NCBI GenBank assembly: GCA_017397805.1
Contig: JAFQHW010000008.1
Coordinates: forward strand, 1 to 63,750
Length of the DNA stretch: 63,750 nt
Source: Clostridia bacterium
GTDB taxonomy: Bacteria > Bacillota > Clostridia > Oscillospirales > CAG-382
Direction: 5' to 3'
Position numbers and translations under genes: made by a program. Under the pieces are notes generated by a model. That model was not told where the DNA came from, did no database searches, and saw only the letters and a program-made list of their open reading frames with translations. Positions 56,267 through 63,750 of the stretch are shown one piece after another. Numbering within the stretch: the stretch's first letter is position 1; each line of letters starts with the position of its first letter.

Positions 56267-58045
56267 ATGAAAAAGGGCGGTATTTCCGTACAGACGGAGA
56301 ATATTTTTCCCGTTATAAAAAGATGGCTTTATTCCGATAAGGATATTTTCTTGAGAGAGCTTGTTTCCAATGCTTGTGACGCAATAACACGCCATAAGCG
56401 CTTGGCATCACTTTCCGAAGCGAAAGAAAGTGTAGAGCCGTACGTAATAAACGTTACCATAAACAAGGAGCTTAAAACCGTCACGATAAGTGACAACGGC
56501 GTTGGTATGACCGAAGAAGAGGTCGATAAATATATTAACAATATGGCTATTTCGGGCGCTCTTGAGTTTATTTCCAAATATGAAAGCGACGACAGCAAGG
56601 GCGGTGGCATAATCGGCCACTTCGGTCTTGGTTTTTACTCTGCATTTATGGTTGCAGACAACGTAGAGATGGAAACAAAATCCTATACCGATGGCGGTGC
56701 CGTGCATTGGGATTGCGTTGAAAGCGGAGAATACGAAATGACCGCCTCGGACAAGGAAACCCGCGGCACGGAAATTTGCTTACACATTAATGAAAACGAG
56801 CTTGAGTATTTAGACTATGCAAGAATTAAGGGTATTCTTAATAAATATTGCGCGTATATGCCCTATGAGATTTATTGCATAGAAGGCGATAAAAAGGAAA
56901 GAGTTAATGCATCCGAACCTATATGGCAAAAAGCCGCAACCGAGGTAAAGGAAGAGGATTATAACGAGCAATATAAGTCTATGTTTTCCGATTACAGAGA
57001 TCCTCTGTTTTCGGTACACATTAATGCAGACTACCCTTTGAATTTCAAAGGCGTGTTGTTTTTCCCTGCACAGCGCGGGAATTTTGAGCCGAGCGAGGGT
57101 GTAATTAAACTTTTCTATAACTCTGTTTTTGTTGCAGATAACATAAAGGGCATCGTTCCCGATTATTTATCCTGCCTTTCGGGTGCTCTTGACTGTCCCG
57201 AACTACCTTTGAACGTTTCCAGAAGCTATTTGCAGGACGATTCGTACGTGCGTAAGCTTTCCGCTTATATAGTTAAAAAAATAGCGGACAAGCTTTGCAA
57301 GCTTAAAAATGATGATTTTGATAAATATACAAAGCTTTGGTCAGTTATAAGTCCGTATATTGAATACGGTTGTATCAAAGACGTAAAGTTCTATGAAAGA
57401 GCAAAAAACGCCGTACTGTTGAAGAATACCGACGGCAGTTACGTTTCCTTGGATGCGGTGCTTGAGGGTGACGAAGATAAACGTATTTACTATACCACCG
57501 ACGAGCAGGCGCAGTCCTATTACGTTTCCTTGTTTACTGCGAAGAATATACCGGTTTACTTGCTTGATACGGTTGTTGACAGTCAATTCACCTCTTTTAT
57601 TGAGAGCAAAAACGATAAAGTAAAGTTCTTGCGTGTAGATTCTTCGACCGACGATTTGGGAAGCGCTGCCGAAGAAGACGATAAGTTAATTAAGCTGTTT
57701 GCAAATGCCGCCTCCAAGGACAAAGAAATGGTATCCTTTGCCGCTTTGGGAGAAGATAGTGCACCTGCTCTAATTAAGCTTTCCGAAGAGGGCAGAAGAA
57801 TGGCTGATATGATGCGTATGTACAGCATGGTCAACGGCGGCGCGGCAAGTATACCCACCGAAGAAGAGCTTGTTATAAATACCGACAGTTCTATCGTTAA
57901 AAAACTGTCCGAGCTTAAAAAAGATAAGGCTGTAATAGTGGCAAAGCATATATATTACAACGCTATCGTATCTAACCGCGGTTTGAGCAAGGATGAGCTT
58001 TCCGATATGCTGGCAAACAACAAGAAAATGTACGACTTTATATAA
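56267..58045 (+). CDS. htpG: Chaperone HtpG (Hsp90)
   Basis: LYSDKDIFLRELVSNACDA, DNGVGM, IGHFGLGFYSAFMVA, LPLNVSRS. Confidence 0.95.
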   Translation: MKKGGISVQTENIFPVIKRWLYSDKDIFLRELVSNACDAITRHKRLASLSEAKESVEPYVINVTINKELKTVTISDNGVGMTEEEVDKYINNMAISGALEFISKYESDDSKGGGIIGHFGLGFYSAFMVADNVEMETKSYTDGGAVHWDCVESGEYEMTASDKETRGTEICLHINENELEYLDYARIKGILNKYCAYMPYEIYCIEGDKKERVNASEPIWQKAATEVKEEDYNEQYKSMFSDYRDPLFSVHINADYPLNFKGVLFFPAQRGNFEPSEGVIKLFYNSVFVADNIKGIVPDYLSCLSGALDCPELPLNVSRSYLQDDSYVRKLSAYIVKKIADKLCKLKNDDFDKYTKLWSVISPYIEYGCIKDVKFYERAKNAVLLKNTDGSYVSLDAVLEGDEDKRIYYTTDEQAQSYYVSLFTAKNIPVYLLDTVVDSQFTSFIESKNDKVKFLRVDSSTDDLGSAAEEDDKLIKLFANAASKDKEMVSFAALGEDSAPALIKLSEEGRRMADMMRMYSMVNGGAASIPTEEELVINTDSSIVKKLSELKKDKAVIVAKHIYYNAIVSNRGLSKDELSDMLANNKKMYDFI

Positions 58046-58054
58046 TTAGTTTGG

Positions 58055-59167
58055 TTGGGACTGGATATGGTTTTTACTGATTTTCCTCAGATAATAGTTA
58101 ACTTTCTGTCTTATAAGCTTAATATACAAGGTAGGTCACAGCTTACTGTTAACGAGTATGCTATTGATTTAAGGTGCTTTTTTAAATATATTATAGCGCT
58201 AAGGACGGGCGTGTCTGAGGAGAAAGCTGATATAAGCATCGTAGATGCCGCCTATGCAGACGGAATCAGCTCCGACGATATTTACGGGTATTTACTGTAT
58301 CTTGCACAAAACCGTAAATCCAAACCAACGACGAGAAGCAGAAAGCTTGCCACCATTCGTTCTTTTTATAAGTATCACACCACTAAGTCAAGGCTTCTGA
58401 AAAACGATCCCGCCAAGGACGTTGACGCGCCAAGGTTGCCTATAGGTCTGCCAATAGTTATGACGATGGAAGAATCGCTTCAGCTTCTTGATTCTTTAGA
58501 CCGCTCGGATATTAATTATCAAAGGGATTATTTTATCATACTCCTGTTTTTGAGCTGTGGACTAAGATTATCCGAGCTTGTGGGGATAAATCTTTCCGAT
58601 ATCGATTCCGATTTCACCCGGTTCGTCGTAAGAGGCAAGGGCAATAAAACCCGCGTGTTATACTTTAACGAAATATGCCGCGATGCCTTGAAGCAATATT
58701 TGTGTGTAAGACAGCGTTCTACCATAGCAAGAGGAAGACGTGTTAAGGATACGGATGCGCTTTTTCTGTCGCGCAACGGTGTCAGGCTGTCTGCAAAAAC
58801 CGTGCAATATATGCTTAACAAGCAGCTTGTCGCTTGCGGTCTTGATAAAAGAGGGTACTCGGCTCATAAATTGCGCCATACGGCGGCAACCTTGATGTAT
58901 AGCGAGTCGGGCATTGATATAATGCTTTTGAAAGAGATATTGGGGCACGCTCAGCTCAGCACTACTCAGATATATACCCACGTAAGGTCAGATGCGGTGC
59001 TTGATGCGCTTGAGCATTCACCGTTCAACGTAAAGCGCAAAGAACCTCAAAAGCCTAAGCGCAGGCGTAAGCCTATGTTTGACGATGACGATTTTGTAAG
59101 CGAAGACACAAGCGGTTTTTTGTTTGATGGAACCGAAGAAGAGTTTAATTCCCGGGAGGATACATAA
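58055..59167 (+). CDS. Tyrosine recombinase, XerC/XerS-like
   Basis: SAM-like N-domain, RD...GLRLSEL, GKGNK, HKLRHTAAT, LGH...TTQIYTH. Confidence 0.85.
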   Translation: MGLDMVFTDFPQIIVNFLSYKLNIQGRSQLTVNEYAIDLRCFFKYIIALRTGVSEEKADISIVDAAYADGISSDDIYGYLLYLAQNRKSKPTTRSRKLATIRSFYKYHTTKSRLLKNDPAKDVDAPRLPIGLPIVMTMEESLQLLDSLDRSDINYQRDYFIILLFLSCGLRLSELVGINLSDIDSDFTRFVVRGKGNKTRVLYFNEICRDALKQYLCVRQRSTIARGRRVKDTDALFLSRNGVRLSAKTVQYMLNKQLVACGLDKRGYSAHKLRHTAATLMYSESGIDIMLLKEILGHAQLSTTQIYTHVRSDAVLDALEHSPFNVKRKEPQKPKRRRKPMFDDDDFVSEDTSGFLFDGTEEEFNSREDT

Positions 59168-59886
59168 TGGTAACGGTAAAGCATTTAATATCGGGATACG
59201 AGGTTTTATGTGACGGCAGAGTAAAGCCGTCTTCAATACTAAAATTTATGCAGGATGCCGCTACGGTAGATGCTAATAATTTAGGTGCCGATTATACAAG
59301 TATGCGCCGTGATGATATGATTTTCGTAATCACAAAGCTTATGGTGCGTTTTAAGCGTATGCCTATGCTTAACGAGCTGTTAGAGGTTCGCACTTGGAAC
59401 GGAAAAATTCAAGGCGTTTCGTTTAATCGAGAATTCGTTATGACCGTTAATGGCGAAGAGGTTGCAAGAGCAACAACGCGTTGGGTTCTTGTAAGCTATT
59501 CGGGCAGAAGAATTTTGCGCCCCGATTCGCTGAAATGTTCCGTGTTAACAAATCCCGATGAAGAAATCGGCATCGAACCTGAACGCAGAATAAAGCCCAC
59601 CGAAGAAAACATACTTACCGTTTCGTATTCGCCTACGTTTACCGATCTTGACTCCAACGGTCACGTTAATAATACCAGATATGCCGATTTTCTCGTTGAT
59701 TATTGCGGCGTAAACTTACTTGAGAAAAATATCGAAGGATATGAAATACATTTTGCATCCGAGCTTGTCCCCGGTGACACGGTTGAAATCAAAGCCTTTA
59801 ATGACGACGGTAAGGTATCCGTTATAGGCACTAAAGGCGATAATAAGCAGGCGTTTGCCTCTTACATTGCTTTGTCCGACAAATAA
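59167..59886 (+). CDS. Acyl-ACP thioesterase
   Basis: Double hot-dog pattern, DLDSNGHVNNTRY. Confidence 0.85.
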   Translation: MVTVKHLISGYEVLCDGRVKPSSILKFMQDAATVDANNLGADYTSMRRDDMIFVITKLMVRFKRMPMLNELLEVRTWNGKIQGVSFNREFVMTVNGEEVARATTRWVLVSYSGRRILRPDSLKCSVLTNPDEEIGIEPERRIKPTEENILTVSYSPTFTDLDSNGHVNNTRYADFLVDYCGVNLLEKNIEGYEIHFASELVPGDTVEIKAFNDDGKVSVIGTKGDNKQAFASYIALSDK

Positions 59887-59941
59887 TGCTTGATTTATAA
59901 CGATATTTATTGTATAATCTCATAAGCAAGGAGGTGCAAGA

Positions 59942-60391
59942 ATGCAGGGCAAAGTTCCGGGTGTAATTTCAAACAATAAAAAAGCATATCACGATTATTT
60001 CGTGGAAGATACCTACGAAGCGGGAATAGAGCTCTGCGGCACCGAGGTTAAATCTCTCAGAAACGGCAGGGTTAATTTAAAGGATTCTTTTTGCCGTATA
60101 AAGGACGGAGAGATACTTGTTTACGGTATGCATATAAGTCCTTATGAAAAGGGGAATATTTTCAATAGGGAACCGATGCGTCCAAGAAGGCTTTTGATGC
60201 ACAAAAAGGAAATATTAAAGCTGTTTGGGCTCGTAGGGCAACAAGGATATTCCCTAATCCCGTTAAAGCTTTATTTCAGCGGTAAATGGGTCAAAATGGA
60301 AATAGGTCTTTGCAAGGGCAAAAAACTTTATGATAAAAGGGAAGCCGATGCAAAACGGTCAGCTCGGCGTGAAGCGGAGCGCCACGGATAA
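59942..60391 (+). CDS. smpB: SsrA-binding protein
   Basis: [31 protein letters not shown]; promoter TTGATT-17-TATAAT at 59890-59918. Confidence 0.96.
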   Translation: MQGKVPGVISNNKKAYHDYFVEDTYEAGIELCGTEVKSLRNGRVNLKDSFCRIKDGEILVYGMHISPYEKGNIFNREPMRPRRLLMHKKEILKLFGLVGQQGYSLIPLKLYFSGKWVKMEIGLCKGKKLYDKREADAKRSARREAERHG

Positions 60392-60398
60392 AAAACAA

Positions 60399-60749
60399 GG
60401 GGGCGTAAAGGTTTCGACGGGGAGTTTGAGCTGCGATAAGCGTGCAGAAGAGCGTGACTTCTATAAAAAACGTACTTTTAAAAAACAAACGACAACAATA
60501 AAGTTGCTTTAGCTGCCTAATTTAGGTAGCCGTCATACCGCGGAGTACTGCGGCCGCGGATATGGCGTCACTTAGCAGTGAACGTGAGCGAGTGAAAGCT
60601 TTGACGCGCGCCATGAATTTATGAAGCTACCAAACCCTATAGCCTGACGGTTGGCGGTAGGGTGAGGGAATATAAATAACCGTCTGCGCACGGAGAAATT
60701 CGCAAGGATTGCTTTTCGGACAGGGGTTCGATTCCCCTCGCCTCCACCA
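60399..60749 (+). ncRNA. ssrA: tmRNA; probable tag (A)DNNKVALAA at 60491-60520
   Basis: GGGGGCGTAAAGGTTTCGAC 5' end, GGTTCGATTCC T-arm, CGCCTCCACCA 3' end, tag ending ALAA*, directly after smpB. Confidence 0.95.
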
Positions 60750-60821
60750 AATGGACATTGCACGAACACCTACTATTTCAAAGGTGGTTTCGCCATAGAA
60801 GAGTTCTTGTAATGTTACCAC

Positions 60822-60864
60822 AAAAACGAGAGTCAAGGTTTAAACTCCTTGGCTCTCGTTTTTT
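60822..60864. terminator. Bidirectional terminator
   Basis: AAAAACGAGAGTCAAGG / CCTTGGCTCTCGTTTTT. Confidence 0.75.
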
Positions 60865-60934
60865 GCTATTCGTCTTTTTATCAGTTTGCGGCGCTTTGTT
60901 CTTTGTTTGTATTAGTGCTTTCGCTCTGAATAAA

Positions 60935-62742
60935 TTAAATTTCAGACAGAATCCTTTCAAGTGTGGTTTGGATCGCTTTTTTATCTGCTTTATTTCCCAT
61001 TACGCGGAGGGTATAAAAGACGTTGTTATTTACCCAGTATGCAGTTGAATCGCAGTAGTTCTTTTGATAGTGTTCGTCGTTGTTCATTTCATCGGTGCTT
61101 ACGATCAGTACGGGAGCTCCCGCGCTTGTAGTTCCCGTTTTTTCTTCATAATCGGCGCATCCGTTGCGTGTATTGCCCGTTAGGTAGTTACCGCTATCTG
61201 CAATCAAGGTTGCATTCATAGTTATTTTTAGTTCTTCAACGCCGTAACCAGCGGTGATACTTATATTACTGACTTGCCCGTCTGCTTCTAATATGGAATT
61301 GGCAGATATCATAACGTGCTTTGCGGTATCAATTGTTTCTGTTCCGAAGCAGTTGGTCTTTTTGAGCCACCCTATCGATTCGATGGGATTGTTTACGGTT
61401 AATCCAATTGCCTTTTCACATTCATCCCATGTGTCGTTATGGATGTTGATAAATCCCCATAAATGGCTTGATGCAAGCCGTTGCTCTTCGGTCAGTGTTG
61501 AATAGTTCTTCTGTTCCCGCTTGATTTTGCTTGCAAGTTCTTGTCCCATAGAGGAAAAATCGGTACCGTTAAGGTATGTGCCGACCTCGTAGGACGATTC
61601 CAAACTGTCGGATCTTTTGTCTAAAAGCTGTACGGTGCGGTAGGTTACCGATGATGTTAGTTTATAATCGTCGCCTCCTTCGGAAAAACACAAAGCGAGG
61701 GTTACGGTTGTAGCCATGACTACGCTAAAAATAGAAAGTACGACTATCAATCTCTCGCGCGATTTTTTGCCTTTATCTCGGTTGTTAAGCCATGAAAATA
61801 ATAGCGCGGTTGTGCATCCCGATAACAAAATCACCAATAAATCTATTGGAGAAAATACGACTGTGGGCAGGGCTTCGAACAGAAGTCCCGACCCTAAAAT
61901 ATATAAATGTCCGTTGAGCAAAACCATTTCGCCAATATACATCAGTAACGTCATTATTGATGCAGAAATTGACGGAATCAAAACCGACAGAGCATATCGC
62001 TTTCCTAAAAAAACGAACCCGCAAACACGCCCGCCGTTACGCCAAACAACATAAAGAATATTGTCATTAACGTGGCGGATAAAGCGGATACTTGAAGGCC
62101 ACCGTCCCTCCAAAATGCCGTAAAGCAAGCAAGGATGCAAAGGCCAAGGAAAACAACGGAACATATTGACTGCAGAACTAAAGCCTTACAACGCTTCCTG
62201 TCGCCGCTCTTGATCATTTGCCCAAAACCGTATAAACAGTTCAAAAAGGTAACGATCAGCAAAACGGAAATAACGTAAAAGTGAAGCTTAAATGCAGGGG
62301 TATAGTCACCCATCAAAATATCGATCGCCGTTTTTGTCTTATATGTAATTACGTTTTCTCCCCACCCTTGCGGAGGAATATAGCACATAGACATCTGCCA
62401 ATTTTCCAATGAGGTAACGGTTTCGGCAGTAGATACAACAACTTTCTGTTCAAACAGCAGTTCTAACGCGAAGAAGATGCCTACTGCGGAAACAACCCCA
62501 CCGGCAAAGGCGAACCGCTTAAAGAATCTGATAAACAAGGGCATCAAAAGGACAGCGAGAATGATGGCAACGCTTATGGGTGTATAAGGAATGATATATT
62601 TCGGATAGTTTTCTTTTGCAACGATTCCGTTTACAATCATATCAGTAATCACGCGGACACCCATTGATAATGGGTAATACGATGCGATCAAAACACCAAG
62701 GCACGATAGCAGATAGTATCTGTTAAACGATTTGCTTTTCAT
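60935..62742 (-). pseudogene. Multi-pass membrane protein with C-terminal extracellular domain, split by a frameshift at a T7 tract
   Basis: ORF 62742-62005 stops at ...AGSFF* inside a homopolymer (A7 at 62007-62013 on plus strand); the hydrophobic sequence continues in another frame as LGKRYALSVLIP... Confidence 0.65.
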
Positions 62743-62755
62743 CTTTCTTCTCCTT

Positions 62756-63670
62756 TCATCCTGCATTTGTGAGTAGTACGTAGAATATGACGCTGATAAG
62801 TGCAATAAATGCCGCGAGGGAAATCCGGGTTAATTTCTTAAAGGACAATATGTTTTCAATGCGCGTCCGTATTCTTGCACCGCCAAAAGCAGATGCAAAT
62901 ACCGTCGCGCCTTGTTTGGAATCCAGCAACACCGAAGCATATTCCTTAGACCGATCAGCACCAAGCTTTACAAGTACACGCTCGTCACAGGATAGCTCAA
63001 GATCTGCAAGGAATGCCCTTAATAACATCCAGGAAAACGGATTGAACCAGTGTACTGCAACAATCAGAAATGCGATCATTCTCCATAGGTTGTCAAGCCC
63101 CCGGATATGTGTTTTCTCGTGCTGAATGATGAGCTCAATATCTCTGTCCTTGTATGATGCCGGCAGCACGATCTTGGGCATTAAAATGCCGTATACAGCC
63201 GGCGATGTAATTTTCTCCGAAAGAAAAATATTGTCCCGCAGGTGTTTGGAATCCTTGATTTCATATAGCGTAGTGAAATAAATCACTGTAAGCATCAAAA
63301 TAATGGCCAGAGCGACGACCGCCCAAATTACAGAGGCAATACTGAAGATGTTCTCCAGAACATTCACCTTATAGGTGATCGGGAAATAGGAGTTCGCTGC
63401 CATAACACTATTCATCATCGAGAACGATATATCGTCTGTTGGTTGAAACACGACAACGGTTCTTGTGGTGATTTTGGACAGCAATGACATCAGACTGTAA
63501 GGACTATCCAGCCCCAGAGGAACTGTCATCCGCAAGAAAGGAATGATCCACAGAAAAGTGGTCAACCTTCTGGGAATCCGCTTTGCCAGTCTGACGAGCA
63601 TAATCAGCAGGCCGGTCAAGGCAGCTGTTATACTCATATTGAATATCCAATAGAATACTTCCTGCAGCAT
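62756..63670 (-). CDS. M56 family metallopeptidase (BlaR1/MecR1 transducer domain only)
   Basis: NMSIT, LWIIPFLR, SPAVYG, HEKTH zinc motif, HWFNPF, ELSCDE; ends after the last TM. Confidence 0.9.
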   Translation of the reverse strand: MLQEVFYWIFNMSITAALTGLLIMLVRLAKRIPRRLTTFLWIIPFLRMTVPLGLDSPYSLMSLLSKITTRTVVVFQPTDDISFSMMNSVMAANSYFPITYKVNVLENIFSIASVIWAVVALAIILMLTVIYFTTLYEIKDSKHLRDNIFLSEKITSPAVYGILMPKIVLPASYKDRDIELIIQHEKTHIRGLDNLWRMIAFLIVAVHWFNPFSWMLLRAFLADLELSCDERVLVKLGADRSKEYASVLLDSKQGATVFASAFGGARIRTRIENILSFKKLTRISLAAFIALISVIFYVLLTNAG

Positions 63671-63750
63671 AGCCGTAACCCGTTGTCGATCAACTTGCGC
63701 AGCTCATTGATTTCTTCATCAGACAAAGGTTCGTCCTCAAGCAGAGCAGA
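63634..63750 (-). CDS. C-terminal fragment of BlaI/MecI/CopY family repressor (partial, runs off window end)
   Basis: Manual translation SALLEDEPLSDEEINELRKLID..., the typical BlaI dimerisation tail, directly upstream of the M56 gene. Confidence 0.7.
   Translation of the reverse strand, partial: SALLEDEPLSDEEINELRKLIDNGLRLCCRKYSIGYSI

Noticed and set aside
58055-59167. Tyrosine recombinase as prophage/ICE integrase
   Set aside because: Tightly embedded between htpG and a thioesterase with no mobile cargo or att repeats; resembles housekeeping Xer recombinases.
1-63750. CRISPR array, rRNA, tRNA or intact transposase
   Set aside because: No regularly spaced direct repeats, rRNA or standalone tRNA signatures, or transposase ORFs were seen; the only tRNA-like sequence belongs to tmRNA.

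Overview
Chromosomal window from a low-GC Gram-positive anaerobe. Gene content, sigma-A promoters, type A RNase P RNA and the tmRNA tag point to Clostridia, probably Oscillospiraceae/Ruminococcaceae-like (inference). Most of it is housekeeping: sulfur/iron genes, a glycine-riboswitch-controlled symporter, an FTR-like/thioredoxin pair, purine nucleoside uptake, a metA-nadABC-phoH-ybeY-era-recO-mutS2-tcdA run, three M42 peptidases, murD, rnpB, prfB, htpG, a Xer-like recombinase, smpB and ssrA, then a BlaI/M56 module downstream of tmRNA. The outstanding region is 11.5-25.3 kb. It holds two SipW-type signal peptidases, seven leftward paralogous TasA/pilin-like genes (six share a W-x-[ED]-[GA]-x-D motif) and one divergent SipW-class substrate. 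In the middle of the leftward run sit a membrane-anchored McrB-like AAA+ NTPase and a DUF2357/McrC-like partner whose nuclease appears replaced by a long coiled coil. This looks like a restriction-type motor module co-opted into a surface-fibre system. It is followed by a glycosyltransferase-free cpsC-cpsD-cpsB/sortase substrate/LCP cassette. All family calls come from motif recognition by eye; no database searches were run.
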